DNA of 64,000 bases from contig OZ244207.1 in the NCBI GenBank assembly GCA_965216875.1, positions 1,472,001 to 1,536,000 on the forward strand. The letters are read 5' to 3'. Positions 36,371-46,578 of this stretch are shown here, one piece after another. The stretch's first letter is position 1; each line of letters starts with the position of its first letter. Source of the DNA: Rubripirellula sp. (lineage in GTDB: Bacteria > Planctomycetota > Planctomycetia > Pirellulales > Pirellulaceae). The notes under the pieces were generated by a model. It was given only the letters and a program-made list of their open reading frames with translations. It did not search any database and was not told where the DNA came from. The translations under genes were made by a program, and so were the position numbers.

Positions 36371-37858
36371 ATGTGTTCCTTCAATCGGCTTCCAACGTTC
36401 TTGTTGTGTTTGATTTGGGTTGGCGCGGCCTGCAATGTTACATCGGCCGAGAAAATCGCTCCGCTCGCAGCGAGTCGTCCGAACATCATTTTGGTGATGA
36501 CCGACGACACGAGCCCCGCCGAGTATTCGTGTTATGCGACCGATGCTTACCCGGCGGCAAATAAGACACCGTTCATCGACCAAATGGCGTCGGAAGGGAT
36601 TCGCTTCGACTCGTGTTGGGCGACGCCGGTTTGCACTTCAACACGTGCGATGCTGCTGACGGGGAAATTCGGAAGTCGCACGGGGGTTTATGGCCTTGGC
36701 ATTCGTCATGTGAGCCGTGGTTTTGCGGCCAAACACACGCCCATTTCGAAGCATCTCGCAGACGCCGGGTATGCGACCGCGTTTTCAGGCAAGTGGCACC
36801 TTCCCGGTTCTCCTGCCCAACCAACGTACGGCTTCGACACCTATTCAGCACTCGGCGGCTACTTGAATACGTCGGGACCGAACGTCCAATGGGACGGTGA
36901 CTGGTTTTCGTGGGACAAGCCTGCCGAGCAGATTCAAGGATCGGGCGTGATCGGTAAGCGGCATGGGTGGTACCCGTCGCTGTATTGGAATGGATGCGTT
37001 GTCGAAGATGGCCAAGTGGTGCCGAGTGATGCGGACACATACGGGCCCGATTTGAATCAAGCGTTCGTTCTTGACTTCATTGACGATCAAACTTCCGACC
37101 AACCCTTTTTCGTGTACTACGCGTCCGTGTTGACTCACATGCCTTGGGTTGAGACGCCAAGCGTTGACGATCCAAGTGTACGAGTTGGACCGGGAATCAA
37201 GCCCCAGGTTGCCCTTGTCGATAAGCACATGCGACAGCTCGTCGAGCGACTCAAACGCAAGGGGCTGTATGAAAACACGATCATCTTCTTTTGCAGCGAC
37301 AACCCAACGCAAGGTTACGGCAAGGAGGCGTTTTCGGAGTTCGGCGCACGCGTTCCGTTGATCGTCTGCGGTGGTCCCATTGCGGCGCGTCGGCCGTCGA
37401 CAGCGCTGGTGAGTTTGGCCGACTTCTTTCCCACCTTCGTTGAGTTGGCAACGGGTTCAAAACAGCAGGACGAGACGATCGACGGTGTCAGCATGTTGGG
37501 CGTGCTCGAAGGAGACACCGACTCGGCCCGGGAGTGGTGTTTTAGTTTTTGTGACTATGCACGGATGATTCGGACTCAGAGTCACAGCCTCGATGGCCGC
37601 GGCGGCGTTTGGAAAACGCATCCGTCGGGAGACATGCGCGACTATGAACCACTTTCCGAAAACGCCCAAACGGCAGCCATTCGGCAACGGCTGACCGCCT
37701 TGATGGCTCATTTGCCAGAGCCCACCATTCCAGTCGAGAAAGCTCGTCGCGCTCGTTGGTCCAAATGGGACGGACCACCGACGATCGATCAAAACACGTT
37801 GCGTTTGATCCGATGGGGGAACGATTGGATGAACGATCCCCGTCGCCTTGAGCCCTGA
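36371..37858 (+). CDS. Sulfatase-like hydrolase with atypical CTSTR motif
   Basis: PNIILVMTDD, VCTSTRAMLLTG, GKWHL, THMPW, SDN. Confidence 0.85.
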   Translation: MCSFNRLPTFLLCLIWVGAACNVTSAEKIAPLAASRPNIILVMTDDTSPAEYSCYATDAYPAANKTPFIDQMASEGIRFDSCWATPVCTSTRAMLLTGKFGSRTGVYGLGIRHVSRGFAAKHTPISKHLADAGYATAFSGKWHLPGSPAQPTYGFDTYSALGGYLNTSGPNVQWDGDWFSWDKPAEQIQGSGVIGKRHGWYPSLYWNGCVVEDGQVVPSDADTYGPDLNQAFVLDFIDDQTSDQPFFVYYASVLTHMPWVETPSVDDPSVRVGPGIKPQVALVDKHMRQLVERLKRKGLYENTIIFFCSDNPTQGYGKEAFSEFGARVPLIVCGGPIAARRPSTALVSLADFFPTFVELATGSKQQDETIDGVSMLGVLEGDTDSAREWCFSFCDYARMIRTQSHSLDGRGGVWKTHPSGDMRDYEPLSENAQTAAIRQRLTALMAHLPEPTIPVEKARRARWSKWDGPPTIDQNTLRLIRWGNDWMNDPRRLEP

Positions 37859-38026
37859 TGCCCAGTGCCGGAAGCTTTGGCGTCCGCTATCTCGAAACTG
37901 GTAACAGATCTCAGAGGGCTCGCCGCGTCTTCTCATAGCCCTGTTGATGATTGACGTTAGGATGGGCCTGCGAAGGTCTTGGTAGAGACGATCGCAAAGC
38001 ACGTCACACGAGTCGGAGGTCTTGGA

Positions 38027-39595
38027 ATGGATCGGTGTTTACTTCTTTTGGCAATCGTTGCACTTGCGCCGAGTCTGCCAAAGGCCACCGCGGCGGAGCG
38101 TCCCAATGTGGTCATCATCATGGCCGACGATATGGGTTACTCCGATATTGGATGCTACGGTGGTGAGATTCAGACGCCGAACCTGGATCGTCTTGCCGCG
38201 AACGGATTGAGGTTCACTCAGTTCTACAATACGGCTCGTTGTTGCCCGACGCGAGCGGCGTTGTTGACCGGATTGCATCAGCATCAAACCGGCATCGGCG
38301 CGATGACCGAAACGCCCAAGGGGCCACGCGACGATGCTCGGCCAGCGTACCAGGGCTATTTGAATCGCAACTGTGTGACGATGGCCGAAGTGCTCGGCGC
38401 ATCGGGGTATCACACTTACATGGCGGGCAAGTGGCACCTTGGATACCACGGCAAAGAAAAGTGGCCGCGGCAACGTGGGTTTGATCGCTTCTACGGCGCG
38501 ATCGCTGGCGCGACCAGTTACTTCATACCTCAAGGTGGCCGAGGCGTCACGCTTGACAACCAGAATCTCGAACCGCCGACCGATCCCGACTACTACACGA
38601 CCGACGCCTTCACCGATTATGCGATCGAATTCTTGGGCGAGCAAAGTGATGATCGCCCCTTCTTCCTTTACCTCGCTTACACCGCTCCTCATTGGCCGCT
38701 TCACGCTCGCGAGGCAGAGATCGCCAAGTACGTTGGCAGCTACCGCGATATCGGATGGGACAAGCTGCGCGAGCAACGGCTGAGACGGCAAAAGCAACTG
38801 GGCATCGTCGATGATTCCGTTGAATTGCCCACCCGCGACGAGGGTGCGCGGCCATGGGTTGAATTGAACGACAAGCAAAAGGACCAGCTCGACTATCGCA
38901 TGGCCGTCTACGCCGCGATGGTGGACCGGATGGACCAGAACATTGGCCGCGTCGTCCAATGGCTACAAGAACACGATCAGCTCGATAACACACTTCTGCT
39001 GTTCCTCAGTGACAACGGCGGTTGCGCCGAGCCCTACAAGGACCTTGGTGGCGGCAAGTTTTCCGACATCAACAATCCAAACCAATCAGGCGCCATCAGT
39101 TACGGACAGGGCTGGGCCAACGCCAGCAACACGCCCTTTCGCAAGTTCAAAGTCTTTAGTCACGAAGGTGGTATTTCGACGCCGTTGATTGCTCACTGGC
39201 CAGCTGGGCTCAAATCCAATCCGGGTGCAATCACCAGCGCGCCTGCTCAATTGATTGACTTGATGCCAACGGTCCTTGATGCGTGTGGCGCGAGTTATCC
39301 GAAAACGTTTGCTGGGCACAAGATTCACCCTTTGGAAGGTGTGAGCCTTGGGACAACCCTTGCGGGCAAAAAACGGAAGCAAGCTGAATGGATGTATTGG
39401 GAACACGCGGGGCATGCCGCAGTCCGCCATGGCGATTTCAAAGCACTCCTGCCGAGACGAACCAAGGCATGGCAACTCTACGATCTAGCCATCGATCGCC
39501 AGGAACAAAACGACCTTGCTTCCGAAAAGCCGGAGTTGACGAAAACGATGGCCGCGCAATGGGAACGTTGGGCAAAAACGCACGGCGTCAAGTAA
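38027..39595 (+). CDS. Arylsulfatase
   Basis: PNVVIIMADDMG, CCPTRAALLTG, GKWHLG, APHWPLHA, SDNGG. Confidence 0.93.
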   Translation: MDRCLLLLAIVALAPSLPKATAAERPNVVIIMADDMGYSDIGCYGGEIQTPNLDRLAANGLRFTQFYNTARCCPTRAALLTGLHQHQTGIGAMTETPKGPRDDARPAYQGYLNRNCVTMAEVLGASGYHTYMAGKWHLGYHGKEKWPRQRGFDRFYGAIAGATSYFIPQGGRGVTLDNQNLEPPTDPDYYTTDAFTDYAIEFLGEQSDDRPFFLYLAYTAPHWPLHAREAEIAKYVGSYRDIGWDKLREQRLRRQKQLGIVDDSVELPTRDEGARPWVELNDKQKDQLDYRMAVYAAMVDRMDQNIGRVVQWLQEHDQLDNTLLLFLSDNGGCAEPYKDLGGGKFSDINNPNQSGAISYGQGWANASNTPFRKFKVFSHEGGISTPLIAHWPAGLKSNPGAITSAPAQLIDLMPTVLDACGASYPKTFAGHKIHPLEGVSLGTTLAGKKRKQAEWMYWEHAGHAAVRHGDFKALLPRRTKAWQLYDLAIDRQEQNDLASEKPELTKTMAAQWERWAKTHGVK

Positions 39596-39821
39596 CGTGT
39601 GTGCTTGCACGCACTGAGCCAGAGCCAGTTGCCGATCTCGAAACGGAGCCGATCTCAGCAGGGGGCTTGCGAGTTGAGTGTCGCCGGTTCGACTGAAAAG
39701 TAGTTGATCAGGTACACCCGGTCATTGCCGGCAAACGCCTCTACCTACGCGAGCAGGACCAATTGCATTGCTACGACATCTCGGCAGCGCCATAGAATCG
39801 GTCGCGAGCGAGGCATGCGTC

Positions 39822-40967
39822 TTAGCAGAGGGCGGCTTCGCGTTCGGTTGCCACTGGATCACTGAACTCGTTTTCAATTTCCAGGATGGTGTCCAGCGCG
39901 GCGACAAATGCATCGACGACGTGAGGGTCGAAATGACTTCCCGCGTCGTTTTGGATGATGCCGATCGATTTTTCGATCGAGAATGGCTGTTTGTACGGGC
40001 GCTCGCTGCGCAGGGCATCGTAAACGTCGGCAACGGCAACGATGCGGCCAACCAAGGGGATTGCTTGTCCAGCCAAACCGTTCGGGTATCCCTGGCCGTT
40101 CCATTTTTCGTGATGAGAGGCCGCAATGGTTGCGGCAAGCTCAACGACTGGATTCGCGATTTGACCGCGTGCACTTACGCCCAAGCCTGGCGCGCAGCCT
40201 GCGGCGACACTCGAGAACCGACATGGATCCGTGAGAATCGCGACACCAATGTCACAGTGGGAGCGCATCACCGACCACTGCTCGTCGGAGAGTTTTCCCG
40301 GTTTGAGTAGGACGGAGTCAGGAATACCGATCTTTCCGATGTCATGTAGCGGCGCGGCCAAGAAAAGGTCATCAGCCAGCGATTGCTCGAGGCCCATCTC
40401 TTCGGCGATCACTTTCGCGTAGCTTCCCACGCGAACGACGTGGTTCCCGGTTTCTTCGTCCCGATATTCGGCCGCTTTCCCAAGCCGCCAAATGATGTCG
40501 ATCTGTGAGAACGCGAGCTCGGCGGTTCGTTCTTTCACCCGGCGCTCGAGAATCTGGTTGTGGTCTTTGAGTTGGTCCAAGCAGTCCTTGAGCCTCAGCG
40601 AAGAGCGGATGCGGGCGACAAGTTCGTCAATGTCGACTGGCTTGTTCAGCAAATCGTCGGCGCTTCGATCAAGGGCTCGGCGTTTGAGTTCGCGGTCCGC
40701 TTCGCCAGTCACGATCACAAAAGGAATGTCAGCCGTCTTTGGATTGTTCTTAACTGCTTCAAGAAGCTCCAATCCCGTCATGCCCGGCATTCGGACATCA
40801 GAGATGATTGTGTCATAGGCGGTTTGGCGAATCTGCTCGAGTGCATCGATGGGGCAGCTGCAAAAATCGAGCTGCCATTTTTGTCGAAACTCACGAAGTG
40901 ATCGCTCATAGGCTTTCAGCACATTGGGTTCGTCATCAACAAAAAGAATGCGTTTGCGGTTGATCAT
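39822..40967 (-). CDS. Response regulator with intact HD-GYP c-di-GMP phosphodiesterase
   Basis: Receiver (VDDE, SDVRMPG, KP), then ETGNHVVR, LHDIGKIGIPD, HHEKWNGQGYP, ADVYDALRSERPYK. Confidence 0.93.
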   Translation of the reverse strand: MINRKRILFVDDEPNVLKAYERSLREFRQKWQLDFCSCPIDALEQIRQTAYDTIISDVRMPGMTGLELLEAVKNNPKTADIPFVIVTGEADRELKRRALDRSADDLLNKPVDIDELVARIRSSLRLKDCLDQLKDHNQILERRVKERTAELAFSQIDIIWRLGKAAEYRDEETGNHVVRVGSYAKVIAEEMGLEQSLADDLFLAAPLHDIGKIGIPDSVLLKPGKLSDEQWSVMRSHCDIGVAILTDPCRFSSVAAGCAPGLGVSARGQIANPVVELAATIAASHHEKWNGQGYPNGLAGQAIPLVGRIVAVADVYDALRSERPYKQPFSIEKSIGIIQNDAGSHFDPHVVDAFVAALDTILEIENEFSDPVATEREAALC

Positions 40968-42091
40968 GCGTTGACTGGCTCAAGGTTACTCGGATTTCGA
41001 ATCGTTCGAACCAAGATTGGTTCACGCACGCCGCTGGCGGATTGCCTGACAACCTGCAATTTCTGTAGCATCGCTTCATGGACTTCGTTGCCCGCAGCGA
41101 CAAGGACACGTCCTTCCTGGTCTTCCACATGCGATTCCAAGACCATGCCAACTTTCAGGTCGGCAACGGCGACCTCGACAACGTCTTCGGGTTCCGAAGT
41201 TACCTCTTTCAGAGCGGCCAATACCTGTGGATCGTATGCCGGGTCATTGCTCAGGTGCTCGATCGCCATTTCGTTGGTCCATTTCACAACCAAACGCTGG
41301 TAGTCGCCGACTGCCTTCAGGATGCGTGACGCAATGGGCGTCTCTTCTGTGGGGGCTGCGTTTTGCTTTGCAATGATCTCTGCGACGGGCTTAAGACGGG
41401 GAATGGCTGCGATCAGCTCGCTGCCCGAACTGGGCGTACTGCCGACAAGGTCAGCCTCTTCGTCACTAAGGGGTTCGTTGCGCAAATAACGAACGAGCAA
41501 GTCTTGGGGGACAGAAACACAGCCGAGCCGCATCAGCATCGATGCCATTTCGATCTGCCACGCCGGTCCAACGCCGATGCGCGTTGCGATATCGGTCGTC
41601 AAGCGACGTGTTTCTTGGCACATGCCAAAGGCTTCGGGGATTGCCAAAGATAGAACCTGTGTCAGCACCTGGACGCTACCGGCAAGAGTGCTGTTGAGCA
41701 GCTCGGCCTCGGCGGTGATCAGTCGGTACTGTTCCAATCCGGCATCAATCGCTTGGGCGAGTGCTTCGGGTGGGCAGGGTTTGTTCAGGAATCGAAAGAT
41801 GTTTCCTTCGTTAACGGCATCGACTGCAGTTTTTTGATCCGCGTTGCCGGTGAGCATCATGCGCACGGTTTGCGGGGATCGTTCTCGAACCTTTAAAAGC
41901 AATTCGACGCCAGACATTTCGGGCATTTGCATGTCCGATACGACCACGGCGAAAGGCCCGCCTGTGTTGAGAGCTTCCAGCGCTTCGTGGCCACCCACGG
42001 CGAGCGTCAGGTCAAACCGTTTGCGCAGATGACGCTTGAAACCTTTGAGGACATTGGGTTCGTCATCGACGAGCAAGATCTTTGGCGTCAT
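40964..42091 (-). CDS. Response regulator with degenerate HD-GYP-like domain
   Basis: Intact receiver. HD dyad replaced (MLMRLGCVSVP) and the HHExxDGxGYP segment absent; IPIASRILK-like motif retained. Confidence 0.8.
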   Translation of the reverse strand: MTPKILLVDDEPNVLKGFKRHLRKRFDLTLAVGGHEALEALNTGGPFAVVVSDMQMPEMSGVELLLKVRERSPQTVRMMLTGNADQKTAVDAVNEGNIFRFLNKPCPPEALAQAIDAGLEQYRLITAEAELLNSTLAGSVQVLTQVLSLAIPEAFGMCQETRRLTTDIATRIGVGPAWQIEMASMLMRLGCVSVPQDLLVRYLRNEPLSDEEADLVGSTPSSGSELIAAIPRLKPVAEIIAKQNAAPTEETPIASRILKAVGDYQRLVVKWTNEMAIEHLSNDPAYDPQVLAALKEVTSEPEDVVEVAVADLKVGMVLESHVEDQEGRVLVAAGNEVHEAMLQKLQVVRQSASGVREPILVRTIRNPSNLEPVNA

Positions 42092-43293
42092 CCCGCAGCC
42101 TCCGCAACGAGTTCGTCCCATGTTTCAAAATCGGTCTTCAACGAAAGCGATTGAAGGTATTCGCGATCGGGGCTCGGACGGTCGACACGTGCTTCGTCTG
42201 GCAGTCGGTGAGAGTGAATGACATTGGCGACGTGCACGGCCGTCAATGGACTGAAGTCGGTGCCCTTTGCGGCTGATGGTTGATGGTGAAAAGCAACGGC
42301 TTCAACGATCGGATTGGGAAATCCCCAAAGTCCAAGCAGGTGTGCGCCCACCTCTGCGTGCGTTGTCCCGAACTCATCGCGTTCGGCGTCGGAGACGGAA
42401 ATGGATTCGGCTTGGGCACGGGTTACCGCTTGGCAATACCGCTCGGGCAGATTCGCGGCAAGCACCAACTTGCCGAGGTCATGGATCATGCCTGCGATGA
42501 AGGCGTCGTCGACGAGCTGTGAGTCGCTTGCTTCCGCTTCAGCAATCGCCTTTGCTGTTGTGGCAACTGCGAGACCATGATCGAGTGATGCTCGCAGCGA
42601 ATAGCATTCGAGTTCCGGTTCTTTGAACGCGGCGAACGCGTTGGCTGTGAGGACCAAGGGTTGGATCACGTTGATGCCAAGTAGCGTCACTGCATGCTGA
42701 GGACAGGTTACATGTTGCGGCAACCCAAAGAATGACGAATTCACCAATTGCAGCACCTTTGCGGTCATCGCAAGGTCCGCGCTGATGATCTCGCCGACCG
42801 TCTCGATCGACGGTTCATGCGAGTTCAACTCAGCCAAAAGCTCTTTGTAAACGCACGGTAAACTTGGCAATGAATTGATTTGTGACGTCAGCCCCTTGAC
42901 GGCCGGATCGTCGAGTTGGGCACGCAACTCACAAGCTCTTTCGATCGTGCTGACCAAGACATCGGGTTCACATGGCTTGGACAGGAATTGATGCGCTGGG
43001 CCCACGGCGCGCATGATCTTCTCATGCTCGGATTGGCCGCTCAGAACAAGGCGAACCGTGTGAGGGTAGAGATCGGACACTCTACCGAGCAACTCAGCGC
43101 CGTCGATTCCGGGCATCCGCATGTCGCTGACGACGACGTCAAACGACTCAGTTTCCATCAAATCAAGTGCAGCGGCGCCGCCATTGGCGAACTGCATCTC
43201 CCAAACCTTTCTCTGGCCACGCAGCATGCGCCGCAATCCAGAGAGCACGTTTGCTTCGTCATCAACAAATAGGACTTTTGTCTTCGCTGTCAT
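42088..43293 (-). CDS. Response regulator with HDOD domain
   Basis: Receiver, then LPSLP, AKVLQLVNSSFFG, IHDLGKLVL, HAEVGAHLLGLWGFP...FHHQP. Confidence 0.92.
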   Translation of the reverse strand: MTAKTKVLFVDDEANVLSGLRRMLRGQRKVWEMQFANGGAAALDLMETESFDVVVSDMRMPGIDGAELLGRVSDLYPHTVRLVLSGQSEHEKIMRAVGPAHQFLSKPCEPDVLVSTIERACELRAQLDDPAVKGLTSQINSLPSLPCVYKELLAELNSHEPSIETVGEIISADLAMTAKVLQLVNSSFFGLPQHVTCPQHAVTLLGINVIQPLVLTANAFAAFKEPELECYSLRASLDHGLAVATTAKAIAEAEASDSQLVDDAFIAGMIHDLGKLVLAANLPERYCQAVTRAQAESISVSDAERDEFGTTHAEVGAHLLGLWGFPNPIVEAVAFHHQPSAAKGTDFSPLTAVHVANVIHSHRLPDEARVDRPSPDREYLQSLSLKTDFETWDELVAEAAG

Positions 43294-43311
43294 CGCTTTC
43301 ACCTCGCCTTC

Positions 43312-44589
43312 TTAGCCCTCATTTCTGACCAACGCCGTGTCACTCACCCCGGCATTACTCACCCCGGCATTACTCACCGCTGCGTCTCGCTCTTGCGATT
43401 CGGTCTCTTGCACGAGCGGAATGCAGATCACGAAGGTCGTTCCGACGCCGAGTTCGGTTTCGACATTGATTGTGCCGCCATGCTTTTCGACGATCACGCT
43501 ATGTGCGATCGCAAGTCCTTGACCCGTTCCACGGCCCGCCGCTTTGGTTGTAAAGAATGGCCTGAAGATTCGGTCAAGGTGTTCTTCAGGGATGCCAGTT
43601 CCGCTGTCGCTTATCCGCAATTCGGCGTGTGAGCCAACTGTGCGAGCGGAGACCTTGATCCTCCCTTTCGATTCAGGGGATTCGCCCAACCGCGTCCCGA
43701 TGGCGTGTGCCGCATTGACCACCATGTTCAAGATGACCTGATTCAGTTCACCTGGCAGGCACGGGACGAGCGGAAGTGACTCGTCGAAATCGGTTTCGAG
43801 GTCGGCGACATACTTCCATTCATTTCGGGCGACCATGAGAGTGTTTTCAATCGCACGCGGAAGATCGATTGGCGTCATCTCGGCGGCGCCGGGATGTGCG
43901 AACTCTTTCATTGCTCGGACGATGTTCGTCACTCGCGTGATCCCCTCGAGGCTCTGTTCGATCGCGTTGGGTATTTCCTCGGACAGGTACTCAAGATCAG
44001 CGTTTTCCACTGCGTCACGAAGTGTTTTAGTCTGCTCGCCCAGCGGATGCGTTCCCTCGGTGGCCGTAAGTAAGTCTTGGCAACATGTCAGCACTTCCGA
44101 AAGGTCTTCGCACGCTTCCTGGATGAAACGAGTGTTGTCACCGACGTATTGAATGGGCGTGTTGATCTCGTGCGCAATTCCCGCCGCAAGCTCGCCAATC
44201 GATTCGAGCTTTTGTGCTTGAGCAAGTTGCGACTGCAGGTCACCGACGCGTCGAGCGACCTCCAGCTTTGAACGCAGTTGCGAGCGCGTCACCTTGCCGG
44301 TGATCGCATCATCAAATCCTTGTTCCGTCCAATCAACGTCACAGTCGCCACACCCACAGGCTGCAATGATCCAGGTTGCTCTTGGTCGCAGTTCCTTTGC
44401 GGACGTGCTGGCCTTTTCGATATCGGTGCAATCACTTTGAATCAGTGCGAAACCGGCAGTGCGTTGGTCTCCATGAACGTTCAGTTCGTCCAGGCTGGCC
44501 GCGGCAACCGGTTCGACGTTTAGTTCAGAAAGGGATTGGGCAATCTCCTTTCGGCGTTGGGCGTCACTGTCAATCAGAATGCTTAGCAT
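43312..44589 (-). CDS. Cytoplasmic histidine kinase with N-terminal pseudo-receiver
   Basis: H box [13 protein letters not shown] box NAAHA, DSGTGI, PFFTTK, GTGQGL. N-terminus is receiver-like without a canonical phosphoacceptor motif. Confidence 0.88.
   Translation of the reverse strand: MLSILIDSDAQRRKEIAQSLSELNVEPVAAASLDELNVHGDQRTAGFALIQSDCTDIEKASTSAKELRPRATWIIAACGCGDCDVDWTEQGFDDAITGKVTRSQLRSKLEVARRVGDLQSQLAQAQKLESIGELAAGIAHEINTPIQYVGDNTRFIQEACEDLSEVLTCCQDLLTATEGTHPLGEQTKTLRDAVENADLEYLSEEIPNAIEQSLEGITRVTNIVRAMKEFAHPGAAEMTPIDLPRAIENTLMVARNEWKYVADLETDFDESLPLVPCLPGELNQVILNMVVNAAHAIGTRLGESPESKGRIKVSARTVGSHAELRISDSGTGIPEEHLDRIFRPFFTTKAAGRGTGQGLAIAHSVIVEKHGGTINVETELGVGTTFVICIPLVQETESQERDAAVSNAGVSNAGVSDTALVRNEG
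43342..43378. repeat. 15-nt tandem repeat, about 2.5 copies, in the kinase 3' end
   Basis: actcaccccggcatt twice plus actcacc, encoding [12 protein letters not shown]. Confidence 0.85.
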
Positions 44590-45965
44590 GATGCCGCCCC
44601 TTCTTTTTGAGGTTGATGGGTCAGCGGAAGTCGAACAATGATGGTTGTTCCGGTGTCTGACGACTGCACTTGGATCGATCCGTCATGTTTGTCAACGACG
44701 ACGTCGTAGACGAACGCCAGGCCCTGGCCCGTTCCCTTACCGACTTCTTTGGTCGTAAAGAACGGGTCGAAAACGCGCTCCTGAATGTCAGGCGGAATAC
44801 CTGGTCCGTTGTCACTGACTCGGATTTCGATCGCGTCGCCATCGGTCGCTGTTTCAATGCTGACGACGCCAGCCCTCGTGTTGCCGTGCTTTTCTTGTAT
44901 GGCTTCTGCGGCGTTGGTCAACACATTCAACAGCGCTTGGTTCATTTGCCCGGGCAAACAAAGGACTTGCGGTAATGCCGAGTCGAATTTAGGAACGACT
45001 TCCGCGACGTCTCGAAACAGGTTTGCGGAAACGGTGATGACATTGTCGAGTGTTCGATTGAGGTCGACCGATGCTTTTGATTCGGCGGCCGGTTGCGAGA
45101 ATTCTTTCATCGCTCGGACAATCGAGGACACGCGCTCGATCCCTTCGACCGACTGCTTGATCGCATCGGGAAGCTCTTCGCGGAGAAACGGCAAATCTGC
45201 CAATTCGCTCTGCTCGTCGATTTGATCCAGGATCTTGTCGTCGGCCGTTCCGCTTTGAACGGAATGACGCAACGACTCATAAAGCTCCAGCAAATTGGTC
45301 AAGTCGTCAAAAGCTCCTTCCAGGAAGGAAACGTTATCTCCGACGAACTGAATTGGCGTGTTGATTTCGTGTGCGATGCCCGCCGCGAGCTGGCCGATCG
45401 ATTCCATTTTTTGCGCTTGCGATAACCTCGCTTCGAGCTTCTTGCGTCGTGAGAGGTCGCGCACCAACATCGTGAATGAAGTTGCACCTTGACGGTCGAC
45501 TCGGCTGATCGCGACTTCCGCGACGAAGGTCTTGCCCGTTGATCGGAAGGCGTTGATTTCGACGGGATCGCGGCCTTCGGGTTCCGTGTCGGCCTCTTCG
45601 TCGAGTTCGATGTCAAGGTCGGGAACCCTGTCGGGAAACAGCAGCGGCTCGTGACTCTGTTTTTTCGAAAAGAGATCCCTCACATTTGCCACCGAATCGA
45701 TGCCGAACCGGAAGATTCGGGCAGCCGATGGATTCATCGAGTCGATCTCGCCGGACTCGCCATAGGTGATGATGCCTTCAGCGGCGCCATCAAAAATGGC
45801 TTTGTACGACTCTGCCTGTTCGCCCAGCCGATCCGCCATTTCTTTGAGGTTGAGGTTGGCGTGATAGACTTCGCGAGTTTTCTCTTCGAGCAATTGTTCC
45901 GCCTGCTTGCGAGCTGCTCGTTCCCTTGCGCAGCGGCGCTTGAGCAGTTCTACGTCGTCGGACAT
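44583..45965 (-). CDS. H-NOX-associated PAS histidine kinase
   Basis: N-terminal RERAARKQAEQLLEEK coiled coil typical of H-NOX partners, PAS region, HEINTP, DNGPGI, FDPFFTTKEVGKGTGQGL. Confidence 0.9.
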   Translation of the reverse strand: MSDDVELLKRRCARERAARKQAEQLLEEKTREVYHANLNLKEMADRLGEQAESYKAIFDGAAEGIITYGESGEIDSMNPSAARIFRFGIDSVANVRDLFSKKQSHEPLLFPDRVPDLDIELDEEADTEPEGRDPVEINAFRSTGKTFVAEVAISRVDRQGATSFTMLVRDLSRRKKLEARLSQAQKMESIGQLAAGIAHEINTPIQFVGDNVSFLEGAFDDLTNLLELYESLRHSVQSGTADDKILDQIDEQSELADLPFLREELPDAIKQSVEGIERVSSIVRAMKEFSQPAAESKASVDLNRTLDNVITVSANLFRDVAEVVPKFDSALPQVLCLPGQMNQALLNVLTNAAEAIQEKHGNTRAGVVSIETATDGDAIEIRVSDNGPGIPPDIQERVFDPFFTTKEVGKGTGQGLAFVYDVVVDKHDGSIQVQSSDTGTTIIVRLPLTHQPQKEGAASC

Positions 45966-46534
45966 GCTGCTGTCTCTTCAGGTGCGTTGGCAGCCGACCG
46001 AGGACACAATGCAAAACGCGCTTCGGTGCCGTTTTGCTCACCAAGGTCTTCGCGTGCAACGTCAAGGTCATCATCGAAATAGTCGACGGCTGCACGAACC
46101 AAGCCTTCGGCCAAGTCGGCGAATGGGCGTTTGGACCGATAGGTCATTTCGAGTGTGCCATCGCCCTCGACGCAATCGAAGCTTGGTAGTTCGGCGTCGG
46201 GGTAGAGCTTACGAACCTCGACGTGGATGTAACTTTCCACGAGCGGCAAGAACTTGAGTGCGGAGTCAATGCCTTGGAAAAACTGTGGATAGAGTTTTGA
46301 GAACTGGGTGAAGAGGTGCCGCCCAAAGGTTTGCACGAGCTCGGCAACCGGAATTCCTGTCTCCTTGCTCAGCGACACGACCAGCTTGATCAGTTCACCG
46401 TGGTCGTAGGTTCCCACGGCCGTGTAGGCGCCATCTTCTTTGGTCTGCGCTCCGGCGATCATGCGGTCAGCGATCTCCAAACCGAGATCCTCTTCGACCA
46501 TTTCGATCAGCTCTGTAAAAACGATCCCTTTCAT
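45950..46534 (-). CDS. H-NOX (heme NO/O2-binding) protein
   Basis: MKGIVF start, GAYTAVGTY, proximal His in IHVEVRKLYP, P-S-F, and YxSxR (YRSKR). Confidence 0.93.
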   Translation of the reverse strand: MKGIVFTELIEMVEEDLGLEIADRMIAGAQTKEDGAYTAVGTYDHGELIKLVVSLSKETGIPVAELVQTFGRHLFTQFSKLYPQFFQGIDSALKFLPLVESYIHVEVRKLYPDAELPSFDCVEGDGTLEMTYRSKRPFADLAEGLVRAAVDYFDDDLDVAREDLGEQNGTEARFALCPRSAANAPEETAACPTT

Positions 46535-46578
46535 CAGTCTGCCCCTTTCATTTGTGACGGGTTGTTTTTGCGGAGGAC

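Noticed and set aside
43342..43378. Phase-variation repeat
   Set aside because: The 15-nt unit keeps the frame and lies in a probably unstructured tail.
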